Positions 1 through 9,479 of a stretch of 41,550 bases of DNA are shown one piece after another. Each line of letters starts with the position of its first letter. Position 1 is the stretch's first letter. Origin of the DNA: Vicugna vicugna (taxonomy: Eukaryota); contig MU058257.1 of NCBI GenBank assembly GCA_013265495.1, positions 875,418-916,967 on the forward strand, given 5' to 3'. The notes under the pieces were generated by a model, which saw nothing but the letters and a program-made list of their open reading frames with translations, did not search any database and had not been told where the DNA came from. The translations under genes were made by a program, and so were the position numbers.

Positions 1-16
1 CTCTGAGCTAGCTCAC

Positions 17-198
17 CTCTCTTCCACACACCATCTACAACACACTGCGTCGGCGAGCTGCACGCCAACACCCTTTCTCGCCTGTAAAGGATGGAAATCT
101 TTTTGCTTCATTTTCAGCTGTTCTCCCAAAGATGAGAAACACCAGGGACACACATTGTTCTCCAACAAATTAGTTTGTCTCGTGATGATTTTTTTCAT
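17..198 (-). pseudogene. Pseudo-exon, spectrin-repeat-like (MKKIITRQTNLLENNVCPWCFSSLGEQLKMKQKDFHPLQARKGVGVQL...)
   Basis: Acceptor aattag|ATG at 198, donor AG|gtgag at 17, 182 nt open. The pattern resembles spectrin 'LL.s.d.G.dl.sve.L..kh..F...l.ar'. Confidence 0.6.
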
Positions 199-447
199 CT
201 AATTTAATGGTAAACATCAGAGAAGAGCTTCACTAGGAGCTAAAATGTCAAACACAGACAAAAAAATGTGGTTTGTAACTGTGGTGGGCGTGGCGCTTTT
301 ATCTGCATGGACCCCTCTCCCAGTTCCCAGGATTTGGTGCCCAGAAGAACAGACACCTCAGTTTGTCACCCCAGGGTGACAGAGTCAAGCATCCCTTTTT
401 TGTTTTTCCAACTCCTTTCTTTCCCCCGAGGACCCTGAACACATTAC

Positions 448-578
448 ATGTAAAACCAGCCATGGCTTTTCTGACATCCTCTGCCCGAGCTGGTGTTACG
501 CACATGTGCCAGTCACCGGTGAAAGGTGATTACTTATTCAGGAGAGAGAAGCTTTGAAGAACAGTGGGACATGGTTCC
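448..578 (-). pseudogene. Pseudo-exon (EPCPTVLQSFSLLNK*SPFTGDWHMCVTPARAEDVRKAMAGFT)
   Basis: Acceptor tttatag|GG at 578, donor CAT|gtaatg at 448. W..R...L pattern like spectrin helix C; one stop. Confidence 0.4.
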
Positions 579-1854
579 CTATAAATGACACATTTTATCT
601 GTTTTTCAAATAATTCATGGAAAATACTGACATCAAGTGCCAATTATTTTTTCCCCGTGAATAAGGCTGGCAGTCTTATTGTATACTTTAAAAGTCACTT
701 AGAATTTGCTCACATTTTTTTTCAGTTCCCCAGGGAAAAAGATGTATTTTCTTTGCTCTAAAGATTAAAGTTCAATTTGACTTCATATTTTATGAAAGGG
801 ACCCTTAAAGGCAGTGCCGCCTCATCTTCCCCCAGACATCATTACAAGTCGTAAACGTGGTGACGGGCGTCTTCTCGGACAGCCCCCAGAGGCCGCGTGC
901 TAGTTACAATAATAAAGTGCTCCTTGCCCTCCGAAGACATCCGAGAGAGAGCAGGCGGTCACTGCTCACGTGCTAAAGTGAGCCACGCCACTGGAGACAG
1001 CTCATTTTGGACCCAAGCTTAATGCCATGCCTGAATGATCCCACTTCGAACAAAGCAGCCAACAGACTCACTCTGACTGTTTAATTTGAATGAGAATTAG
1101 CTGCTGCTACACACAAGCCCAAGGCCTGTATTATGAAGCAGTTTGCTAGGCATGTTTATTGAAGTCTAGTGACTGCAGGCTTTGGAGCAGGGCGGGGGCG
1201 ATGCCCAATGGAAGCTCACTCTTCGTTTCTGACTCCCCATCCTATGTTAGACTCAAGCTGACACGGCGGGGACGAGAGGGAGGGGTGACAACACCCTTTG
1301 GCTAGTGTCAGGGGCAGCTGTGTCCTGTAGACTCCCAGGGAAGCACACAGACTCAGGAAAACCATGGCCTATATATTTTCATTAAAGAAAGAGCATGTGA
1401 CTAGTCTACGTGCCATTAGGTAATTGACACAAAGCTCTTCTCAAAGAGCATCATGAGTGCACAAGCACAGGGCTGGTCCGTGCACCGGCTGCTGAGGTTT
1501 CAGTTGAGAGGGTCAAAAAACCCACAGATAACAAAACCCTGGGGTTTGTAGATACTGTTCCCTAACGTAGCCTCCTGGAGACACTTGCACAAGGCTCTCT
1601 GGGATGACTGTATCCTGGACACTCGGTGGGTTCAGCCACACCCATCATAGGCCACTCTATCTTTATACCTTAAAACATGCATTTTATAACACGATCTAGA
1701 GAATCTGAGTTCAAACCCACGAGTGTCAGAGTGCTTTAGAAAGGACTCACTGGGGTCTGGTGTGAGCAGCCAGGCCAAAACAGGAGCTAGAATTCCAGCT
1801 TCTGAGCAACAGCTCATGTTCCAAGGACCAGCTTGTTTTTATCTATATATTTTT

Positions 1855-2775
1855 TTCATTCACTCAAAAATACTTAGTGAGAATATGTTATTAATCCTTA
1901 GTTCCTGCTTACTAGATGTACTAATTACTAGTTCACATTGTGGGTTAACACTGTTCTAGGCCCTGGAATAGGACAATAAGCAAGACTGACAATACCTGTG
2001 CCCTCAAAATTAGCTCCTAGTGGGAGAGAAAGATCATGGGATAAGCAAAAGGCATTTTTATCATGAAATAGGATAGTACAATAATACAATTTCAAATAAG
2101 TGCTCTGAGAAAAAGAAAGCGGGATAAAACAATGAATAATGAGGATAAAGGTGGCGACTACGCTAGACTTTGGGCATCCCCGAGGGCCCCTATGAGAAGG
2201 TAACATCTGAGCACAGGTCCGAAGGTAAGAGGGGGCGGCTGTGGGAAGCACTGGTGGAGTCCCAGGCAGAGGGAGGCACACCTCTTCACGTGTACAGACA
2301 CTGAGCTGGACCTGCAGGAGCTCGCTGGGAGAGGGACAGTCAGGTGGAAGTCAGAAAGCTAGTCCGGGGTCGTGTCTTATAGGGTCCTGTAAACATACTA
2401 AGGAGTTTTAATTTTATTCTAAGCATAGAGGTAGCCAATGGAAAGTTCAAGCAGTTGAATGAAATACATGATTAATATTCTTGAAAGATCTCTCACAGAG
2501 GGTCCATAGGGTGTTGGAAGATGGGGGTAAGAATGGAATTTACTAGGACAATGTCTTCACAAGAGTCCAGGTAAGAAATAAGGGTGACTTTAACTAGGAT
2601 GCCACTAGTGGAGATAGTGAAAAAGGTCGGATTATTTGAGATATTGTTGTGTATGGAGTCAACTGGACTTCCTTGGATGCAGGGCCCAAAGAAAATAGAA
2701 GGGGAAAAAGGATGACTTCTAAGTTCTGACCAAGGTGGTGCCTGACACTAAGATGGGAGAGGTTCAGAGTAGAAC
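1855..2775 (-). mobile_element. LINE-2 (L2) 3' fragment
   Basis: Starts with the ttcattcactca tail typical of an antisense L2 3' end, followed by L2-like motifs (gttctaggccctgg, gtgccctca, taaggagttttaattttattct). Confidence 0.7.
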
Positions 2776-2789
2776 ATGCTGGGACAGAA

Positions 2790-2995
2790 AGATTTGTTGT
2801 GTTTCCAAGTTGTTTGGAAAAGGACTTCCATGTGGGTTAGACCCCTAAACAGCAGTCAACATGCCGGCAGCGTGTTCGTCCGTTCATGAACCCCCTAACA
2901 TTAGACACGGCGTCGAGATCACATCTCTAATTTTCAGTAACAGTCTTCTGTTGTGCTTTTACAGCGGTATGATCTCCTGAGCTGTGTTCCTCCAA
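2790..2995 (-). pseudogene. Pseudo-exon (WRNTAQEIIPL*KHNRRLLLKIRDVIST...)
   Basis: Strong acceptor tttttttatttcaag|T at 2995 and a spectrin-like helix pattern. Donor not identified; segment abuts the L2. Confidence 0.4.
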
Positions 2996-3249
2996 CTTGA
3001 AATAAAAAAAGAAATGTCTCCAGATTCTCCCTGGCAAATATAAATCATAGAAAATCAAATTCCAACTGGGGAAATCTGGTTTGGATCAAAGTAACTAAAT
3101 CATTAATCTGGAACTTTCCCCCAAACTGGAGCCAACCCAAGTCCAAGCCATGATGTATACGCCAGAGGCCAGATATTCAGAGGGAGATTAATTCTTCCGT
3201 ACTGTTGATGTGTTCGTGCTGACAGAGGGGACAGAGACCGAAGGCTGAG

Positions 3250-3417
3250 TACTGAAAGGCTGCGTTTGGGTATTTTTAGCTTGATTAAAAGAAGGAATGA
3301 TTCAAAACGTATTTCAAATATCTCTTCCCACAGAATCCTACAAAGCTTGCAGCTTGATTTCTGGATCTGAGAAGCCTGGATGTTGAGAAACCTCTCCCCT
3401 TCGGGCTGAGCCTCCAA
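3250..3417 (-). pseudogene. Pseudo-exon (LEAQPEGERFLNIQASQIQKSSCKLCRILWEEIFE...)
   Basis: Acceptor ctctgacag|TTG at 3417. G..L....a..I......L...W..I pattern of spectrin helices B-C. 3' boundary uncertain. Confidence 0.5.
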
Positions 3418-3731
3418 CTGTCAGAGGTTGCACCCTATCCGTCTAAACAACATTTTTTTTATGATAGACACACAGAAGGCAGACAGGAACTGTCCCCTGG
3501 CGTCTTAGATGGGAAACCCCAGCCGTTTCCAGGGATTGACCGAAGACATTAAGAATCGCCCTGCCCTTGCACAGCTGCTGTTTATCTTCTGAGCAGCACT
3601 CTTAGGTGACTGCAATCCCAGGCAGGTTCTGAGGTGTGAGAGGAAGCTGACGTGAACCAAACGTGCTCCCCCGGAAGGAAAAACCTTTTCCCAGACCCTC
3701 GAGGCTGCTTCGCTTTCTAAAGGGCTGGCTT

Positions 3732-3853
3732 GTAATAACCTTTAATGAAGAAGAATATGAAAATGAATATATATGTGTATATGCATGACTGGGACATGAT
3801 GCTGGGACACCAGAAATTAACACATTGTAACTGACTGTACTTCAATTAAAAGA
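3732..3853 (+). mobile_element. 5'-truncated L1 3' tail (camelid/artiodactyl type) with target-site duplication
   Basis: Sequence gcatgactgggaca...caccagaaattaacacattgtaactgactgtacttcaatt plus an A-rich tail. Flanks are aaagggctggctt (3719-3731) and aaaggactgactt (3854-3866). Confidence 0.8.
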
Positions 3854-3910
3854 AAAGGACTGACTTTTCTGACTCCCATCACCCGGGTGGAGGGAGGGAG
3901 GCTGGGTTAC

Positions 3911-4263
3911 AGCTCGAATCCTACAATTTCCCCACTGGATTCCTAAGAAAGCCTGAGCTAATGGGCAGTTTCGGGGCTGATAAGGCAGAAACACAATCAC
4001 TCTCCCAGGCTCTTGTATCTTGCAGGGTAACTGGGGCAGCAGTTTTGGCACCTCTGAGGGTCTGACTCATTTTTTCCACCCGGAGGAGGAGCAAGGACGG
4101 CTTGGCCAAAGCCTTTACCTTCGCTGCCAGTGAATCAGCAATTCTGCAGCTTCTCAGCAGCTTAGGGGACAGACCCCAACACCTGTTCTCAGAGGGAAGT
4201 TCTTTCACAGTGAACTCTGGGTACTGTCTGAGTTTCATTTCAGGGCTCTGGCTAATTCAATGC
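3911..4263 (-). pseudogene. Pseudo-exon (ALN*...KELPSENRCWGLSPKLLRSCRIADSLAAKVKALAK...)
   Basis: Acceptor cctttttacgtccaag|GCA at 4263, candidate donor gtaacc at 3910. A TAG sits where the spectrin Trp (TGG) is expected. Frameshifted. Confidence 0.5.
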
Positions 4264-4434
4264 CTTGGACGTAAAAAGGAGTCAAAATAATTTGGGAATA
4301 AAGACAAACAAATACAACCCTGGATGGAGATCTCCAGCATCTTCCTCTGCCTTCTAGGCACAAACAGAGCCGTGGGGAGAGGCTGAGATGGTCCATCCAT
4401 GGCAGAACAGAGTCAAGCCCATTTTATTCAATAC

Positions 4435-4670
4435 GTATTAACAGCTTTTGCTTGATAATATCCACGCACTTGGCAAAGCAGACAGAAAAGCAGAGCAGAA
4501 TTCTGCAGAAAAAAAGAAACAGGGCCAACCCAGCCCTGTACGTCACCTGGGAGATGGCCTGTCTCTGAGCCACCCAACGGCCCAGGTACCAGAAGGCGTC
4601 TGCGGTCCCGCCGGCATACGTGGACCTCAGCCAATAACAGCTCTGGCTGTGAATCCATATACTGGGCTTA
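4435..4670 (-). pseudogene. Two pseudo-exons: 4547-4670 (…WIHSQSCYWLRSTYAGGTADAF…) and 4435-4502
   Basis: Acceptors gtcacag|T (4670) and tttttctgcag|A (4502); donors CAG|gtgacg (4547) and gtattg (4434). W-I..q...L.s...G pattern. Confidence 0.4.
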
Positions 4671-4917
4671 CTGTGACAAAAAGTTGATCCCAGGTGCCTC
4701 TTTTAATGGTTTATTCTCCTTTCTAAATGGACACTCAGTCACCCACACGTAATGCTCTCTCTTCCTTTAATAATTGGAAATAAGTCATTTTTACTTGAGT
4801 CAGAGTGGATGGCATCCCTTGGGAACAGGAAAATCCAACCAGAGATCGCCACTGGGGTGGCTGAATCGTAACCTGACAGACACATTTGGAATAATCAAGC
4901 ATTCTATCCACCACACT

Positions 4918-5170
4918 CAGTGGAAAATTAAGCCTGAAGATGCAGGAATCAGACTTCAGCGTTCAAATTCCAGCTGCACTATTTTATGTCCAGGGGGCAA
5001 ATTACTTAACCTCTCAAAACCTTAGTTACTTCATTTAAAAAATAATGATAAAATAGTCCCTGCTGTGAGGATTAGGCGAGACCAAGTCTGTCGAGTTCTT
5101 AGCATCCTTTGTGTGGCGAGTGGCAAGTGCATTTCAATAAATAGGAGCAAGTATTATCATTTTATTATCA
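4918..5170 (+). mobile_element. MIR SINE
   Basis: Core gttcaaattccagct…ggcaaattacttaacctctc…gtgaggatta…tcaataaat, with a tattatcatt tail. Confidence 0.75.
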
Positions 5171-5357
5171 TTCTATTTCTTTAATCTTGACAGGCTGTTG
5201 CAAAACTCAGGAGCATTTCCTGGATTCGATCAGATTTTAAAAAGGAAACTTCTCTATAATTCTCATGATGACATTGAATTGGGTTGTTCCTCTGAGGTCT
5301 GGGGAAGAGATTCCAGATTTCCTAAGCAAAGGAGAACCCTTTAATGCTCCCTCTTAC

Positions 5358-5504
5358 ACCCTCGTAGTGAGAAGGTAAACACTGGGGTTCTTTATTATTT
5401 TATGATCCCTGAGTCCGCCTGGGAGGTGTAAAAGTTCTGAGCTGAGACGAGGGAGCCGGCTCTCCACACCTTTCAACTCCAGCTGTGTCCCAGTGCTTTT
5501 CGAC
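5358..5504 (-). pseudogene. Pseudo-exon (SKSTGTQLELKGVESRLPRLSSELLHLPGGLRDHKIIKNPSVYLLTTR)
   Basis: Acceptor ccccgcag|G at 5504, donor |gtaaga at 5358. 147 nt, symmetric phase, open. Matches spectrin 'El....rl..l......L....d...I......L..r|W'. Confidence 0.6.
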
Positions 5505-5859
5505 CTGCGGGGAGGTCCCCCAGCCGCACAGCAATGCCAGGTGACACCATCACCAGCTACATTAACCGTGCCCCCTGCTTCCATCCCAAGGGTGCCCGAT
5601 GGGAATTGTGAATGTCAGGACTCCGCGTTTCACAGTTAATGGATGTAGCTAAGTAGATGGAGGGAGTGAGCTTAATTGATTTTCCCCAAGTTATGGACGG
5701 GGGGTGGGCCGGAATGGGTTCTGGAAAAGAGGAAGCTGAAGGCGAGCAACAAGAGATGCAAAAATTCCGGAGATTTTCATTGCTCACCAGGGAAGACTGC
5801 AGCTAGGAACCCCTCCAGGAAAACAACCAGACGAGGTCAGAGGAGAGCCAAGGAACGGG

Positions 5860-6125
5860 TCTCCCCAATGTCAAATGAGTTGGACGTGTTGCATTTGAGA
5901 CGTTTGGGTCTCTCCTGGTCAGAGACATGTGGCTGTCCTGCTCGTGTCTCCTTTGCCGTTCGGCTCTCGTTGATCCAGGTTGGAGATCATCCCCAGGCCT
6001 GGCTGGAGTCTGGTTCACCAGGCGGCTCCCCTGAAACCTTCTGCCCCTTTCCATTTTTCTCCCTTCTCTTCGATTTTTTAAACCACAGGTATGTAATCAA
6101 ATTTTTATTCCTGAACGTAATTGAC
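5860..6125 (-). pseudogene. Pseudo-exon containing the spectrin helix-A hallmark DDLQ-x-WINE
   Basis: Acceptor caaatag|GTC at 6125. Reads GAT GAT CTC CAA (frameshift) TGG ATC AAC GAG at 5991-5966, followed by RDP-N-like residues. Confidence 0.55.
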
Positions 6126-6769
6126 CTATTTGCATTGACATCATAAAAATGCCACAATATGAATTTGACTTTGTGTTCAGGATGATTAAAAATACATTCA
6201 TCTTATCCTGAAAAACAGGAAATCATGTTTCTCCTTTAGAAATGGAACCCACCCCTAAATGAGTTGGGCTCTGTTTGGAATTCGTAACGTATGATTTTTG
6301 AAGACCATCTAAAAGAGACTATTTTTTTTTCCCCACCAGAACATTCCCATAGTAAACACATTAAAAGCAGAAAGGCCCAATATATTGGATAAAAAAAAAT
6401 CTGCCAATTTGACTCAGATTCTGAAGGTTTCAGTGTATGCAGAAAACATCTGGCCCAAAATTGTTTTCCCCTCTTTAGAAAAAAAAAACCAAATCACTCA
6501 TTCATTTATGTCTTTACATCTTAAACAAAATGAATTAATGGCTTTTAAACCCTTTGCACTAAAAAAGGAAAGTGCTCCCAGCTTGACAGCCTAAATGATA
6601 AGTTGCAAACCAGTGTGTTTGGAAATAGACCAAACATAAATCCATCTTCAACAGGGAGTTTTAATTGGAAGCCACGCTGACCCCTCACTCCAGTGGCACT
6701 GCCACACAGCTTGCGATAATGAAGACGGACACATTGTCGTGGCTGGAAGTGGACCTTCAGTGTCTCCCC

Positions 6770-6945
6770 TCGTGGTCGAGGCCGCGCGGAGCACTGGGCA
6801 GGAGAGGCCCGTCCCAGCTGCGGGAGGACCCCGCGGCCCCGCGCATCTGCGGCGCAGCCGGCCCGGGGAAGTGGGCGGGGCGCACGCCCACCCGAGAACA
6901 ACTTGGGGAAAACTCAAACAACGGCGGACGGAGGCGAGGCCAGAA
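6770..6945. promoter_or_regulatory. Small CpG-rich island with a GC box
   Basis: Dense CpG/GC sequence (gccgcgcgg, ccgcggccccgcgc, gcggcgcagccggcccgg) and GGGCGGGG at ~6873-6880, in an otherwise CpG-poor background. Confidence 0.5.
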
Positions 6946-7842
6946 AGCCGTATCTTCTGGAGAGTTGCCTCTCTCTGCAGCCTGCTTGGGAATTCACTTG
7001 CAGAATCTTCCTGGGCTTCGAAGATGGGTGTAGGAGGGGTGGCAAATCTCACCCAGAGCCCTGACGAATTTTTTTTTTTCTGAAGAAAAGCAAAGCAGAA
7101 AACAACGGGTTTCTAGTTGAAAGTTTGCTGTGGAGCAGAGATTGTGATATTGAGGCCATTCCAGGAAAGGAAGTTGTAAGGCCAAAATTAAAATAGCACA
7201 TTTGTTCCTCGCAATTTGACTTCAGAATCCCCCAAGGCTCCTTCCTTGGGAAGCCTTATTTTGCATTTGAGAGATGTCGTGCACCATATGGATTTTTTTT
7301 TTGTTTTGTTTTACATACTGTCTTTGCCAAGAATGTCGTATGAGACACAGCACCTCGTTTTCCATGAGGGCCCCAAGAGATAACGGGTACCTTCAAAGCT
7401 TCCTATGTTTCCTTGGGAAACAAACATGTGGAGTGGAATACCACCATTTAGCAAATAAAATGATACTCCCAACTTTTAAGCTGAGCAAATTGTAATTATA
7501 GCAATCTCATAATTATTACCACTTAATGTTCAAAGAGCACCAACCTTCACTTAGAAGCAAACTAAAATTGGAATTCAGCCTTGGCATTGGCCTATGAAGA
7601 CTCAGGGGACCCAAGAAAAGGCATGTACGTGTTTGAAGAGTCTGACTTAATTTACAGGTGAATTCAATCAACGTGTCAGTTCCCACCGAACTTATAAGTT
7701 AATAGACTCAACTGATTGAGCAAGTTGATCTGTTCCATTGTCACTTGTAGATGTAGCCAATGGCACAGATATGGAAGCCGCGGGAAGATGGGACATGAGA
7801 AAGGAGCATAGCTAACGTAGCCGAGTGTTCAAAAGTGCCTAC

Positions 7843-8078
7843 ATCAACAAAGAATAAACTCAGCAAACACCAGGCACGGGTGAAATGAGTGCTGTGACCA
7901 CACGCCGCCCACTTCAGAAGCATTTCCAGAAGAAAGATGTAAATGCGTATCTTGTCAGCATACTCCAGGATAATCTTCATGGTCATATATATATGTGTGG
8001 GTGTGTGTGTGTATCTACACATGTATATGTGTATATATATATCTTTTATCTTTTATCTATACATGTATCTTTAAAAGC
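7843..8078 (-). pseudogene. SCN9A: Orphan exon of a voltage-gated sodium channel alpha subunit (SCN9A-like, domain III S2-S3), disrupted by a stop and a microsatellite
   Basis: Acceptor tttcacag|GCT at 8078, donor GAT|gtaggc at 7843. Translation is [11 protein letters not shown]…[47 protein letters not shown]. Remembered SCN9A is [58 protein letters not shown]; 32 of the last 47 residues are identical with no gap. SCN family is secure; the exact paralog is less so. Confidence 0.88.
7984..8042. repeat. Compound (TA)n/(TG)n microsatellite inside the SCN exon
   Basis: catatatatatgtgtgggtgtgtgtgtgtatctacacatgtatatgtgtatatatatat. Confidence 0.85.
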
Positions 8079-8229
8079 CTGTGAAAGTAATATTCAAATT
8101 TCAATTCATGTACAACTTAAAGCTTGAGATTCATGACAAAAACAGGAAATAAAATTCTGGTGGAGAAAAATAAATATGTATCTTACAATTGTATATATCA
8201 AGGAGGCCTTAATAAAACTGAAATTTAAA

Positions 8230-8764
8230 AGATAAGATAGTTCAGTGTTGTGTTGTTCTCTGTGATTCTTCATATTTGCTGCTGGTATGTTTTGGGAGTG
8301 TTGGCAGTCCTCAACGGATTGAAATTCACGAAAGTGGACTCAAAAGGGAGTCGCGGGGGTGCTGGGTTTAAGAGGAACACATTCACCCTCCCCGGCAAGC
8401 TCCCCTAGACTTCTTTCTTGCTGGCAGTCTGGGAATAACAGACTGTCTCATGATCTTCCAGCATCTTCTCTTTGGCACTCAGACCTACTGGGTATTGCCA
8501 TTTGAGTCTGGAAGACTCTCAGTTGTGTGGATCTTGGTTAAAGAAGAAACTGTCTTCTCTTCACTTACTAAATAGTCTTAAAGTTGAGAACCATTCCTCT
8601 CATTGCCTGATTTCATCTTCTGAATCACGTAGATCTCATCCAGTGCTAAACATGCTCCAAATGACAGAACACGGCACACGTACAGGGGCCCCCGGCCCTC
8701 GGAAGATCCTACATTTTGTTTGTTTGCTTTTCTCATTTGTAGAGTACTCTAATCCACTTGTTTC
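8230..8764 (-). pseudogene. Large decayed exon-like segment (low-complexity, S/E/K-rich translation)
   Basis: Acceptor attcctcag|GAA at 8764. Protein-like pieces (LALDEIYVIQKMKSGNERNGSQL*DYLVSEEKTVSSLTKIHTTESLPDSNG) are broken by stops. Confidence 0.35.
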
Positions 8765-8797
8765 CTGAGGAATATTCCAGAAAATATCAGATACGCA

Positions 8798-8831
8798 TTT
8801 ATATGCACATACACATATATATACACACACA
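8798..8831. repeat. (TA)/(CA) microsatellite
   Basis: ttatatgcacatacacatatatatacacacaca. Confidence 0.7.
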
Positions 8832-9194
8832 AAACAACCTTTTAAAAATTACCTAGTGAAAATGCACATTGTCTTATAACACAATGGTAATCACAGCATG
8901 TTATTAAAACACCCAGAATCCTACTGTATTTGGCACAATAACTCGATGAACTAATGGGAACGGGGCCGGGTGGGGGGAAGTGATAATAGCTGAACTGAAC
9001 ACTCAGGTTTGAAAAGTCTTGGGGCAAACTATCTCCCCGATAGTCTACAGGCAGGGTCTTTGGCCATTCAGTTCTTGTGTCTAATTTGTTGGCTTTTGTA
9101 ACTACCAGCTGGATGTAAGTTCGGGAAGGGAAGCAAAGTGAACAGATATCTGGTAAAAATGGTGGCACCGAGTCAAGAAATGAATGCATACATG

Positions 9195-9400
9195 GTGCAG
9201 TTCACTGATGGTGTGCCAGACCCCAGGGCAAGTGCTTCGTATAGCTTACCTTAATTACTCCTCGTTACCTTAGGATTTTCCATAGAGCATGGATCTGGGG
9301 TTTGGACAGAGCTTGCGTCCACATCTTAGCCATGCCGTTTAACTAGCAGTGTCAACATGGAAAAGCTACTTCGATCTCCGCAAACCTTTGTTCAACTGTA
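9195..9400. mobile_element. Degenerate MIR fragments (both orientations)
   Basis: gtgtgccagac…agtgctt (antisense-type) and agagcatggatctgggg…acagagcttg…aagctacttcgatctc (sense-type). Confidence 0.5.
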
Positions 9401-9479
9401 ATCAGACTCTGAACGTCAACAGTGTGGAAGGAAACTTTATAAATGAGCACGTGTATCACGTTTTATTGTGTGTGAGTTC

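Noticed and set aside
13..198. 'VCPW' as a GPR158/GPR179 VCPWE motif
   Set aside because: It is a single partial motif with no 7TM exons nearby, and the context fits a spectrin repeat better.
5676..6146. 156-aa plus-strand ORF
   Set aside because: Non-ATG start and no domain; it is antisense to the WINE-containing pseudo-exon.
7741..8022. ORF 7741-8022 (-) as part of a functional sodium-channel gene
   Set aside because: Its start lies in a microsatellite. The true exon has an in-frame stop and an insertion, conserved residues are altered (WLDF to LLSL), and no other SCN exons are visible.
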